Part shown: positions 17,222-25,958 of the stretch, one piece after another
Layout of the letters: the number at the start of each line of letters is the position of its first letter
Numbering within the stretch: the first letter of the stretch is position 1
Source of the DNA: Pyrinomonadaceae bacterium
GTDB taxonomy: Bacteria > Acidobacteriota > Blastocatellia > Pyrinomonadales > Pyrinomonadaceae
NCBI GenBank assembly: GCA_045807825.1
Contig: JBJMGO010000135.1
Coordinates: forward strand, 1-31,626
Reading direction: 5' to 3'
DNA: 31,626 bases
Notes under the pieces: generated by a model
The model's input: the letters and a program-made list of their open reading frames with translations, nothing else
Databases searched by the model: none
Told to the model about the DNA's origin: nothing
Position numbers and translations under genes: made by a program

Positions 17222-18337
17222 ATGTCCAAACGAAACCAAGTTCTACGAGTTTTCGGCCTCATTGTTGGACTGACGGCCATGTCCGCGTTTGGTCAAAAGC
17301 CGACGGGCACGCCGGTAAGGATAGATGATCCGAACGAGGTCATTAAGGTGAATTCCCGGCTTGTGGTCGTGCCGACATCGGTGACGGACGCGAGTGGAAA
17401 TCCCGTACCGGGACTAACGTCGAACGATTTCAAGATAAATGAAGAAGGGCGACCGCAGACGATCGAGAATGTGAGCCCCGGCGAAAAGGTCCCGCTTGAG
17501 ATCGCGTTGCTTTTCGATGTGTCGGCGAGCACGGATGCGATGTTCAGGTTTGAGCAGGACACAGCGGCAAAGTTTCTAAAGGACGTGATGAAGGTCGATG
17601 ACCGTGCGACGATCTACTCCATCGGGACGAAGCCGCACCTTATCATCGGCAGCGCAAATGCCGATCAGGCAGCGGCATCCGTGATCGGGCTATCGGCTAC
17701 AAAGGAGGCTACGGCTTTTTTTGACGCTGTCGCGGAAGCCTCGGACTATTTGAGGAAGAATGCTCCCGAGCGTTCGCGGCGCGTGATCATCGTGATCTCG
17801 GACGGCGATGACACCGCAAGCGAATCGACCCTGAGGGAATTCAGGCTTAGAGAACAGAAGATCGTTGCGGGTACCGACCCCGCTTATACCAAAACTGGCT
17901 CGATCCTGCTTCAGGCTCAGCAAGCGGCTAAGGTACGAGAGAGATCCGCAGTTACCAAGGCATTGCAGGATGCGGACACGGTCTTTTTCTCTATAAATCC
18001 AGGAGGCAGCTCATACCAGCTAAATACAATTAGTGTCTTTGGACAGGAGAATATGCAGGCCTTCGCCAATGATACGGGGGGCAGCGCATTCCTGCCAAAG
18101 TTTCTCCCGATAGATACAAAGCTCTCGTACGATAACGCGACAAATACGCGGCGAAATAACGAGACGCTCGATGGCATCTTTCGTCAGGTAGCCAGCGAGC
18201 TCCGTTCGCAGTATCTCGTGCAATACTACTCTGACAGCGAATACCCGAACGGTAAGTTTGTAAAACTAAACGTCGCAGTTCCCACACACGCGAACGTCAA
18301 GATCAGGGCGCGACAGGGATACTACGTGAAGAATTAG
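17222..18337 (+). CDS. VWA domain protein (acidobacterial VWFA-related type), secreted
   Basis: Signal peptide, EVIKVNSRLVVVPTSVTD, MIDAS LLFDVSAST, IVISDGDD, TGG, LRSQYLVQYYS and C-terminal RARQGYY. ATG 17222 preferred over GTG 17195. Confidence 0.92.
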   Translation: MSKRNQVLRVFGLIVGLTAMSAFGQKPTGTPVRIDDPNEVIKVNSRLVVVPTSVTDASGNPVPGLTSNDFKINEEGRPQTIENVSPGEKVPLEIALLFDVSASTDAMFRFEQDTAAKFLKDVMKVDDRATIYSIGTKPHLIIGSANADQAAASVIGLSATKEATAFFDAVAEASDYLRKNAPERSRRVIIVISDGDDTASESTLREFRLREQKIVAGTDPAYTKTGSILLQAQQAAKVRERSAVTKALQDADTVFFSINPGGSSYQLNTISVFGQENMQAFANDTGGSAFLPKFLPIDTKLSYDNATNTRRNNETLDGIFRQVASELRSQYLVQYYSDSEYPNGKFVKLNVAVPTHANVKIRARQGYYVKN

Positions 18338-18341
18338 GATT

Positions 18342-18439
18342 CTTTGCGTTCTCTGCGAGTTCTGTGCGGCCTCTGCGTAGAATGTACGCCACGAGTATTT
18401 AACGCGGCGGACGCGAGAGACACGCTGAGATCGCAGCGA
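18342..18439. repeat. REP-like palindrome of CTCTGCG / CGCAGAG-type units between convergent genes
   Basis: Four left units (18342, 18351, 18362, 18371) and four complementary right units (18403, 18412, 18423, 18432) with mirror 9/11/9 spacing. Confidence 0.75.
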
Positions 18440-18453
18440 TTCATTCAGGATCT

Positions 18454-18993
18454 TTAGTCACGGCCATTGTCGAGTATCTGCTGCCGGCCCTTGTCAAAGC
18501 TCTCGCTGTTGGTGTTTTTTTGCGGGCGAGGTGCCACCGCACCCATGGTGGGCTTGCCCATCGTGAAGTTTCCCATCATAGGCGTCGGTGTCGGACTTGG
18601 CGTTCGACCCGGCATCGCTATCTCACCCATTGTCATGGTCGCCGATTTTTTGAAAAGCGATACAAAGAATAGTCCCGTCATCAATGCCATGAGCATTGAG
18701 AGCGCGGCGGTCGCGTAGAGACGTGTCCGCTGCTTGATCTTGGCCCAGCCAACGGGGCAATCCTGCGTAATGACCGTGCCGTCCGCCCGCTTGTAAAACC
18801 GCACGCAAAGCCGCCCCTCGGCGTTCCTGACGAGCCGCTCGGCGTCCTCGCGGGTCATCCCCGAAAGGTTGTAGACGTTGAGCTTGCACTCCTTACAAAA
18901 GCGCTTTTGATCATCGCCGTACATCGCATCCCAATCTGCCGAGCACGGACTCGCGATCCTGACATTATCGAGCGGGCTATAAAAACGTGACAT
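18454..18993 (-). CDS. Hypothetical membrane protein with N-terminal Cys-rich domain (PCxxxW..M...RFCxxC)
   Basis: IASPCSADWDAM...RFCKECKLNVYNLS...LCVRF...DCP, one TM helix and a Met/Pro-rich tail. GGAGGG lies 7 nt before ATG 18993. Confidence 0.82.
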   Translation of the reverse strand: MSRFYSPLDNVRIASPCSADWDAMYGDDQKRFCKECKLNVYNLSGMTREDAERLVRNAEGRLCVRFYKRADGTVITQDCPVGWAKIKQRTRLYATAALSMLMALMTGLFFVSLFKKSATMTMGEIAMPGRTPSPTPTPMMGNFTMGKPTMGAVAPRPQKNTNSESFDKGRQQILDNGRD

Positions 18994-19061
18994 ATCCATT
19001 CCCTCCATTCAGCAACTGCTGATGTGAAGAGGAACGGAGATCACGGTCACGTCTTGCGGGT

Positions 19062-19748
19062 TTATTTGCTTATCTCGAATCTGGCAAGAACAACCGTCCG
19101 TACCTTCTCCGGTGCGAACGACAGCGGCCGTGTGTAGTTCGCGGCAGTCGCGGTATTGGACATGGCCATGTAGTTGTAATACCCGGACGGGCGATTCTCT
19201 TCATCGACTTCTTTCACGAAGATCGCGTCGCCAACTCGGCCGCCGATAGCCGCCATCATGTACTCCGCCTTCGCCTTTGCGGCCTTGATCGCCTCCATAC
19301 GCAGGTCACGTCTGATATCGCTAATATGCGTGTTTTCTGCTAAGACGAGATCCAGACTGGCGACATTGATACGGTCAGAGAGTTCCTGGAGCGGGGCTAC
19401 CTTATCGAGGTTTCGGACCACCAGCCGGTAATCTTGCGTGGCGAGAACGTCCCGACGCCGCCGGACATAGCGCGCAGAGATATCGTATATAGAAAGATCT
19501 TTCGCAAGATCGACGCCGATCTTCTCCAACTCCGTACGGAGCTGAGCTTCTTGCTGCTCGATAGTGACCTTTCCGCGCGTTCCCGTTCGCTCTGCAAGGC
19601 TGATCCGAAATGTAAGTTGATCCGGTACAACCATCTGCTCAGCGGTTCCGGTGACCTCGATCCCCCGGAGTGCGTCTACGATAGTTTGTCCGAATAGCGT
19701 AAGAGTCAACCCGCCGATGAGGGCGGCGATCAAAAGAATAGGTTTCAT
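19062..19748 (-). CDS. SIMPL (DUF541) domain periplasmic protein
   Basis: Signal peptide MKPILLIAALIGG, IEVTGTAE..VVPD and AIKAAKAKAEYM..AIG. Start moved to ATG 19748 (GAGG SD). Confidence 0.9.
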   Translation of the reverse strand: MKPILLIAALIGGLTLTLFGQTIVDALRGIEVTGTAEQMVVPDQLTFRISLAERTGTRGKVTIEQQEAQLRTELEKIGVDLAKDLSIYDISARYVRRRRDVLATQDYRLVVRNLDKVAPLQELSDRINVASLDLVLAENTHISDIRRDLRMEAIKAAKAKAEYMMAAIGGRVGDAIFVKEVDEENRPSGYYNYMAMSNTATAANYTRPLSFAPEKVRTVVLARFEISK

Positions 19749-19770
19749 GGATATACCTCGCCGAAGTATC

Positions 19771-21432
19771 TTAGCGCGGGTTACGCCGATACTTATGCGT
19801 GATCGGCCTCCTACGGCCAACTCCGATGGCGTTGCGAGAGATGATGATCGTCGGCGGGAGCTGCTGGCGTTTGAATTCATTTGCCGGGTGCTCGACCTTG
19901 TTGAGCAGGCTGTAGACAAGCTCGGGGTCATGACCTGCGGAGATGATCTCGGACGGTGCGGCCTTTAGCTCAAAGTACATCTTGAGCACCGGGTCCATCA
20001 GCTCGTACGGCGGCAGGGAATCCTGGTCGAACTGGTTTGGCGCAAGCTCGGCCGAGGGCTTTTTGTCGATGATCTTGTTTGGGATCAGCTCGCGGCCGGC
20101 TTGCCGGTTGACCTCGCGTCCGATCTCCCACACCTCGGTCTTTAGCACGTCACCTAAAACTGCAAGGCCGCCATTCGTGTCACCGTAGAGCGTGCAGTAT
20201 CCGACCGCCAGCTCGCTCTTATTACCGGTCGAGAGCAGCAGCCGTCCCTCGGCATTTGAAATAGCCATCAGGATGACGCCGCGAATACGTGACTGCATGT
20301 TCTCCGCAGCCAACGAGTCGCCGCTTTTCGTGGGCTCGTTGAGCTTCATCTGGTGGAGCAGCGTATTGAATGTGTCCGAGATCGGCTCGATGCGTCCGTC
20401 GCAGCCGAGATTGCGGATCAGCTCTTGGCTGTCCTTGATGCTGCCCTCGGACGAGAATGGCGACGGCATCATTACGCACAGCACGTTCTCCGGGCCTAAA
20501 GCCTCGCACGCGATCGCCACGACGAGAGCGGAATCGATACCTCCCGAGAGGCCGATGAGGGCCTTTTTGAAGCCATTCTTTCGAGCATAATCGCGCACGC
20601 CCAAAACAAGTGCCTGATGAATGGACTCACACTCGGCACCGCTAATGCCGCGAGCATCAGGCTTGCGGACATCGAGCTCGACCGTCTCGACGAACTCCTC
20701 AAATGCTGTCGCCTGTAGGATGATGTCCCCCTCTTCGTCAGCGATCAGGCTCGCCCCATCAAAGATGATGCCGTCATTCCCGCCGACGAGATTCACGAAG
20801 ACGATCGGTTTTTTTTGCAGCTTCGCACGGTGCGCGACCATGTCGCAGCGAAGCTTTATCTTGCCCTTGTTGTACGGCGAGGCATTGACGGAGACGATCA
20901 CGTCAGCGCCGAGGTCGATGACCTCATCGGTGGGATCGTATTCGTAAAGCCGCTCGCTCCAAAAGGTCTTGTCGTTCCAAAAATCTTCGCAGACGACTAC
21001 GCCGAGCTTTACACCGTTCACGTCGAATATTCGCCTCTCATCAGACGGCTCAAAATATCTGGGATCGTCAAAAACGTCATACTCCGGCAGCAGCGTCTTA
21101 TCTTCAAAGCCGAGCAGCTCCCCGTCATGTATGACGGCGGCGGAGTTGTACAGCTTTCGCCCCTCGTTGTCGCTGCGCTTGCGGATCGTGCCGAGCACGA
21201 CCGTCAGCCCTTTGGTCGCGGGAATGATCTCGCGAAGCGGTTCCTCGCAGTGCTCGATGATGTCGTGATCTTGAAACCAGTCCTGCGATGTATACCCGTG
21301 CGTCACGACCTCCGGAAACACGATCAGGTCCGAGCCGTCCGAGCGACCCTTCTCTATCGCCGCAAGTATTTTTTGGATATTGCCCTTGAGATCGCCGTTG
21401 GTCGTGTTGATCTGGGCGATAGTGACTCGCAT
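19771..21432 (-). CDS. nadE: Glutamine-dependent NAD+ synthetase
   Basis: Nitrilase triad (FPE, K-x-LLP-x-YDVFD, VCEDFW) plus synthetase GLSGGIDS, ENMQSRIRG, STGNKSE, GYCTLYGD and KKPSAEL. Confidence 0.97.
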   Translation of the reverse strand: MRVTIAQINTTNGDLKGNIQKILAAIEKGRSDGSDLIVFPEVVTHGYTSQDWFQDHDIIEHCEEPLREIIPATKGLTVVLGTIRKRSDNEGRKLYNSAAVIHDGELLGFEDKTLLPEYDVFDDPRYFEPSDERRIFDVNGVKLGVVVCEDFWNDKTFWSERLYEYDPTDEVIDLGADVIVSVNASPYNKGKIKLRCDMVAHRAKLQKKPIVFVNLVGGNDGIIFDGASLIADEEGDIILQATAFEEFVETVELDVRKPDARGISGAECESIHQALVLGVRDYARKNGFKKALIGLSGGIDSALVVAIACEALGPENVLCVMMPSPFSSEGSIKDSQELIRNLGCDGRIEPISDTFNTLLHQMKLNEPTKSGDSLAAENMQSRIRGVILMAISNAEGRLLLSTGNKSELAVGYCTLYGDTNGGLAVLGDVLKTEVWEIGREVNRQAGRELIPNKIIDKKPSAELAPNQFDQDSLPPYELMDPVLKMYFELKAAPSEIISAGHDPELVYSLLNKVEHPANEFKRQQLPPTIIISRNAIGVGRRRPITHKYRRNPR

Positions 21433-21441
21433 GCTGCCAGT

Positions 21442-21822
21442 TTATCGAATCAGGTGCACAGGACACACATCCAACGCAGCCCATGCTCGGTCTGCTGTAA
21501 CTACTGTCGCATTAGAAAGCATGGCAAGCGCCAGACAACTGCGGTCGCCCAACGACAGCCCCAGTCCTCTTGTAATAGGCCGAAGTTCTGCCGCCTTCCT
21601 CGCCTGATGAGAATCGTAGTCCACAACGTCAATTCGCAGTAGGCTGAAGGTTGCAAATGCGCTCTTGATGCTGTGGCCGGCCTCTACCGCCTTTGTCAGC
21701 ACCTCAGCCAAATTCACCGCACTGATCTCTGCCTCGGCGATCAGTGGGTGTACCTTGTCGGATCCTGGTTCCTGATTCAGGTACGCAATAACGGCGGAGG
21801 AGTCGAGCACATATCTACTCAT
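21442..21822 (-). CDS. vapC: PIN-domain toxin of a type II TA system
   Basis: VLDSSA, NLAE, LSLGDRSC and TADR give the D/E/D/D PIN tetrad; overlaps the antitoxin stop by 8 nt. Confidence 0.93.
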   Translation of the reverse strand: MSRYVLDSSAVIAYLNQEPGSDKVHPLIAEAEISAVNLAEVLTKAVEAGHSIKSAFATFSLLRIDVVDYDSHQARKAAELRPITRGLGLSLGDRSCLALAMLSNATVVTADRAWAALDVCPVHLIR

Positions 21823-22066
21823 CAGCGGCCTCGCGACGACGGTCCGCTATCAGCTCATCCACAAGATTGCGTCCCTCGGGCACATACTTGCGAAATAACT
21901 CTTGAGCTCTGCGCAGATCCCTCTCACGACTCGATATTTTAAGTTCATCGTCATCCGTGATCTCCCATCGGAGCGTCTCCCCGACTCTGAGGCCCAACCT
22001 TTTACGTGCCTCCGCGGGAATGACGACTCTGCCACCCTCAGTCATTTTTGTCGTGCCGCTGTTCAT
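21815..22066 (-). CDS. vapB: AbrB/MazE/SpoVT-family antitoxin
   Basis: TKMTEGGRVVIPAEARKRLGL..GE AbrB motif and C-terminal LVDELIADRRREA. Start moved to ATG 22066. Confidence 0.9.
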   Translation of the reverse strand: MNSGTTKMTEGGRVVIPAEARKRLGLRVGETLRWEITDDDELKISSRERDLRRAQELFRKYVPEGRNLVDELIADRRREAADE

Positions 22067-22067
22067 A

Positions 22068-22102
22068 TGACATATCGTAGCATATATGTCAGGGCTTGTA
22101 AA
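22068..22102 (-). promoter_or_regulatory. sigma70-type promoter and operator palindrome of vapBC
   Basis: TTTACA (22102-22097)-N17-TACGAT (22079-22074) with a TGn extension; the inverted repeat TGACATAT-N8-ATATGTCA (22068-22091) overlaps the -10. Confidence 0.75.
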
Positions 22103-22106
22103 TGTG

Positions 22107-22916
22107 TCAAGCTTCTCGACCCTCAAGCCGTTCAGCTTGAGGAGCTTTTTTGACCATCGTTAGCCGATTGCCGCGGTCGTTGTAGATGACCTCATCCATG
22201 ATGTTGTATATGAATAGGACGCCGCGGCCGCTGGTTTTGAAGAGGTTTTCCGGATCGAGCGGGTCGGGAATGTTGTTGACGTCAAAACCCTCGCCCTCGT
22301 CCTCGATCGTGAATCTAGCCTCAGCGGGGGAGACGTCGGCGGTGATGCGGATGAGCTTTTGCGCGTCAAACTTGTTCCCGTGCTTGACCGCGTTGACGAA
22401 AGCCTCGTCCAGGGCAACAAAAAGGTTTGACTGCTCGGGTTTGCAGACGCCGAGCTTCTCGACCCGCTTCATCAGGTACTCCAGCACGATGTGCATCAGC
22501 GAGAGCGTGGTCGGCAGTTGAAACTCGATATTCTCACGAATGCCGCTCACGAAGTTGGTCGTGTCGACATTGCGGATCTTGTAATCGAGGGTGGTGGCGA
22601 CGAGGGATTTGAGCTCCTCCTCATTAAGCCCGTCACGGCGATAATTTGCCGCGCTCAGTTTAAAGGCTTTTAGATGCTCCCCATTTGCCGCCTGCGGCAC
22701 ATCGGGCAAGCAGGTCGCGGTTGGATTTGAGGCACGCTCCTCAGCAGTAACATCGAGATCCGAGATGACAAGGTCGTACTTTTCGAGTCCATTCAGCCCG
22801 GCCGCATCTGACCTGCGTTCGAGGATACTGACCTCGTGCCCCTGGGTCCTAAAAACCTCTGAAAGGGCTGTAGCAAGATCGTCGTGGTCGTCGATGATGA
22901 GGATGTGTCGCTGCAT
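22107..22916 (-). CDS. Receiver-like domain fused to an RsbW-type anti-sigma factor / Ser kinase (HATPase_c_2)
   Basis: N-terminal ILIIDD...DLVISDLD; C-terminal ALDEAFVNAVKHGN, IEDEGEGFD and SGRGVLFI...MDEV. Confidence 0.88.
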   Translation of the reverse strand: MQRHILIIDDHDDLATALSEVFRTQGHEVSILERRSDAAGLNGLEKYDLVISDLDVTAEERASNPTATCLPDVPQAANGEHLKAFKLSAANYRRDGLNEEELKSLVATTLDYKIRNVDTTNFVSGIRENIEFQLPTTLSLMHIVLEYLMKRVEKLGVCKPEQSNLFVALDEAFVNAVKHGNKFDAQKLIRITADVSPAEARFTIEDEGEGFDVNNIPDPLDPENLFKTSGRGVLFIYNIMDEVIYNDRGNRLTMVKKAPQAERLEGREA

Positions 22917-22999
22917 CAATGAGGGGAGCTATCGGGTACGTACGACAAGCCGCAGGTACTTGTTGCAAAATGATAATGCAAACAGGGCGATAACCAACA

Positions 23000-23710
23000 A
23001 TGGCAGACGACGCAAGCCTAAAGCTATACCGCTTCGCGACGCTTGAGGAGTACAGCGCGAAGGAGCGTTTCCTCATTCGGCTGATAGGCGTCCTCATGTA
23101 CGCGGCGATAGGCTTTCTTGGCTGGTCCTTGCGGATGGACGACTCGGAAGCGAGCAAGATACCCGCTGCGGATGGGGACGAGAGGCCCATCTTCTGTTCC
23201 TGGCACGATAGGATACTGGCGGGAATGTATCAGTTTCGCGATCGAGGGTTATGTCTCATGTCATCGGTGAGCTTTGACGCCGAATACACGGCACGATGCC
23301 TGATACGCTTTGGCTACGGTGTAATAAAAGGATCATCGACGCGAGGCGGTGCGAGGGGAATGATCGAGATGGTACGGGCAATGCGGCAGGGCATCCCGAT
23401 GGCGTTCACCGTGGACGGCCCGCGCGGTCCGCGTTACGAAGCGAAGCCCGGTCCGGTCTACCTAGCAAAAAAGACGGGGAATCCGATCGTCGCATTCTCC
23501 GTCGAGACGAGCAGGTATTGGACGCTGAATTCTTGGGACAAGCAGCAGATACCGGTGCCGTTTTCGCGGGCGAAGTTGTTTGTCGCGGACCCGATCTATG
23601 TTCCCGCTCATGCGGATGGGACTCAAGTCGAGGCTAAGCTGCAAGAATTGCAGTCTGCTCTTGACGGCGCTGTCGAACGCGGGCGCGTTTGGCGCGAGAG
23701 CCTCAGCTAA
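23000..23710 (+). CDS. DUF374 / lysophospholipid acyltransferase family protein
   Basis: FCSWHDR, SVSFDAE, IKGSSTRGG, FTVDGPRGP and WDKQQIPVPFSR. Confidence 0.9.
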   Translation: MADDASLKLYRFATLEEYSAKERFLIRLIGVLMYAAIGFLGWSLRMDDSEASKIPAADGDERPIFCSWHDRILAGMYQFRDRGLCLMSSVSFDAEYTARCLIRFGYGVIKGSSTRGGARGMIEMVRAMRQGIPMAFTVDGPRGPRYEAKPGPVYLAKKTGNPIVAFSVETSRYWTLNSWDKQQIPVPFSRAKLFVADPIYVPAHADGTQVEAKLQELQSALDGAVERGRVWRESLS

Positions 23711-24635
23711 GCGGCTCCCGCGATAGGAAATTCGCCGTCATCATCACAAAGCTGATCCAGATCAGGTCGACGAGCAGCAGGTGCCCGAGCTGCATCACGA
23801 TCGGCGCGAGCATGAGCAGCGTCGCGGCCCCAAATAAAAGCTGTCCGAGGATGAAGAGCGAATGGACGTTTGCCCACCGCTTGGCTTTTGTGCCGATGCC
23901 GGCCTCTTTCCCAAGCGAGCCGGCGATGAATATAAGTGCGACTCCAGCGGCGATGGCGGTGATCGGGTGGAGCAGCCTAAGACGAACCAGCATGTTCGAC
24001 GTCGGGGAGAGATCGGCTGCGAGTCCCGCGGACAAGCTACCGGATGGGAAGATCATGCTCGCAAGAGCAGCCACCGAACCGGTGATGCCGACTATAAAGA
24101 CTGCGACTGCCCCTGCGACGATCGCGGCTTTGTACTTACTCGATATACTCCACCGCAGACGCTCTCCACCGCTCGCGTAGTAGCCGGTGAGCGTGAGAAA
24201 CGCTAGCAGGACGAAAGTGTTGATCAGATGGCCTGCCATCCAGAAGGGACGCGATGGGGTGAGGTTTTCCGCGGTGTTGCCGGTCAGGACGAGACCAGCT
24301 CCGACAAGCGCTTCCGTCAGAACGAAGATAAAAGAGAGGACGGCTGTCTTTCGTATTGGATCGCCCTTGCCGTACTTTTTGAAGGTCCAGATCAGCAGAC
24401 CGACGATACTCGCAAAAGCGAGGAAGCTCGTTATTCGATGCGAATACTCGATGATGGTCTTAAGCTGCGGGGCCGAAGGGATGACCTCGCCCTGACATGT
24501 GAGCCAGTGCTGTCCGCAGCCGTCGCCGGATTTTGAGGCGCGCAGGAATACGCCCCAGAGGATCACGAGCAGATTCCACCCGAGCGTCATCCATGTATAG
24601 CGTGCGTAGCCCGTGAGTTTTTGGGTGCGAGACAT
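23703..24635 (-). CDS. ctaA: Heme A synthase (COX15/CtaA family, type with Cys pair)
   Basis: SGDGCGQHWLTCQG, IEYSHR, GHL, LLHP and LGHL heme-ligand His residues; about 8 TM helices. Confidence 0.9.
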   Translation of the reverse strand: MSRTQKLTGYARYTWMTLGWNLLVILWGVFLRASKSGDGCGQHWLTCQGEVIPSAPQLKTIIEYSHRITSFLAFASIVGLLIWTFKKYGKGDPIRKTAVLSFIFVLTEALVGAGLVLTGNTAENLTPSRPFWMAGHLINTFVLLAFLTLTGYYASGGERLRWSISSKYKAAIVAGAVAVFIVGITGSVAALASMIFPSGSLSAGLAADLSPTSNMLVRLRLLHPITAIAAGVALIFIAGSLGKEAGIGTKAKRWANVHSLFILGQLLFGAATLLMLAPIVMQLGHLLLVDLIWISFVMMTANFLSREPLS

Positions 24636-24683
24636 CTACTTCAAGATTCTACGCTGAAGGGTGCGGTAATATGACGTGAGCAA

Positions 24684-25439
24684 ATGCCAAAGGAGCGGAT
24701 CGACAAACTTCTGACGGACCTCGGCCTCGCCTCTTCACGCACGAAGGCTCAGGCGATGGTGATGGCGGGCGTCGTGCTCGCGGACGAAAAGCGCGTCGAG
24801 AAAGCCTCCGAATCTTTCGATACTAACGCGTCCATCAGGATCAAAGGAGACTCGCCGGAGAATAAATACGTCAGTCGCGGCGGCCTAAAACTCGAGGCTG
24901 CGCTCGCCGCCTTTTCTATCGATCCGGCGGGGCTCAACTGCATCGACATCGGCTCGTCAACCGGCGGTTTTACCGATTGCCTGCTGCAGCACGGAGCGGC
25001 ACATGTCACCTGCATCGACTCCGGGACAAATCAACTCGACTGGCGGATACGTACGGACGAACGTGTGGACGTGCGTGAGAATACTAATGCGAGAGCTCTC
25101 ACGCCTGCAGATTTTACATATTTATTCGACCTCGCGGTCGTGGACGTGTCATTCATCTCCGTAACGAAGATCTTGCCGGCCCTCATCGAGCTGCTTGTGG
25201 CCGTCGGTCAACTGATAGTGCTGATCAAGCCGCAATTCGAGGTGGGGCGTGGCGACGTCGGGAAGGGCGGTATCGTGCGCGACCCTGAGAAGCACGAGCG
25301 GGTCGTCGGCGAAATTAATGGGTTTGTACAAGCTCTTGGGCTGCGGGTGCTTGGCGTTATCGACTCGCCCATTCTGGGAGCTGAGGGCAACAAGGAGTTC
25401 CTCGCCCATTACGCCAGGTTAGAGGAGAAAGATCGGTAG
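24684..25439 (+). CDS. tlyA: TlyA family rRNA 2'-O-methyltransferase (S4 + FtsJ domains)
   Basis: KERIDKLL, YVSRGGLKL, DIGSSTGGFTDCLLQHGA, DVSFIS, LIKPQFE and SPILGAEGNKEFL. Confidence 0.96.
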   Translation: MPKERIDKLLTDLGLASSRTKAQAMVMAGVVLADEKRVEKASESFDTNASIRIKGDSPENKYVSRGGLKLEAALAAFSIDPAGLNCIDIGSSTGGFTDCLLQHGAAHVTCIDSGTNQLDWRIRTDERVDVRENTNARALTPADFTYLFDLAVVDVSFISVTKILPALIELLVAVGQLIVLIKPQFEVGRGDVGKGGIVRDPEKHERVVGEINGFVQALGLRVLGVIDSPILGAEGNKEFLAHYARLEEKDR

Positions 25440-25871
25440 CTCCTCGCGAGATTCGTCGGATGAGTGCGACCTGTCTTCGTCCGCGGATTCCCGATCGTCA
25501 TAGCCTAACGGAGCGGCGCCAGTCTGCGGTTCCTGTTGGGCGATCCGTGGCTGAGACCTTGTTGTAGAAGCATTTGAGCCGTTTAGCTCACCCACAACGC
25601 ATTGAAATACCGATTCAGCGGATGAGTCCGCGAGATCCGCGAGGCCATAGTAGATCCATTTCCCGTCGCGAGTGGTGTCGACGAGACCGGCGTTTCGCAG
25701 GTAAGCGAGGTGGCGGGAGATCTTTGGCTGGCTTTCGCCCGTCTCGGACACGAGATACCCCACAGACACGGGTCCTACAGCCATGAGGCCGAGGAGCCGG
25801 AGGCGAGTTTTATCGGCAAGGCCAAGGAATAGCTTCTCGAGCGCGGCGACGTCAGGTAGCATGCTGCTCAT
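25419..25871 (-). CDS. ArsR/SmtB family transcriptional regulator (start may be ATG 25862)
   Basis: LADKTRLRLL, SQPKISRHLAYLRNAGLV...RDGKWIYY winged HTH. Confidence 0.92.
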   Translation of the reverse strand: MSSMLPDVAALEKLFLGLADKTRLRLLGLMAVGPVSVGYLVSETGESQPKISRHLAYLRNAGLVDTTRDGKWIYYGLADLADSSAESVFQCVVGELNGSNASTTRSQPRIAQQEPQTGAAPLGYDDRESADEDRSHSSDESREELPIFLL

Positions 25872-25899
25872 ATTACTTCACACGAATATGTTCGTGCAA
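25870..25899 (-). promoter_or_regulatory. Putative arsR promoter with operator palindrome
   Basis: TTGCAC (25899-25894)-N18-TAATAT (25875-25870); CACGAA-N4-TTCGTG palindrome (25881-25896) in the spacer. Confidence 0.55.
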
Positions 25900-25920
25900 C
25901 ATGATTCTTGCGGAAGGTAA

Positions 25921-25949
25921 TTGCGCCCATTCCAAAGCTCGTTTAGGAT
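25921..25949 (+). promoter_or_regulatory. sigma70-type promoter of the Cys/Met PLP enzyme gene
   Basis: TTGCGC (25921-25926)-N17-TAGGAT (25944-25949), 9 nt before ATG 25959; no SD. Confidence 0.65.
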
Positions 25950-25958
25950 TTACCGCGT

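Noticed and set aside
24684-25439. TlyA as a haemolysin or virulence factor
   Set aside because: The motifs are those of the widespread rRNA methyltransferase, and nothing here supports a toxin role.
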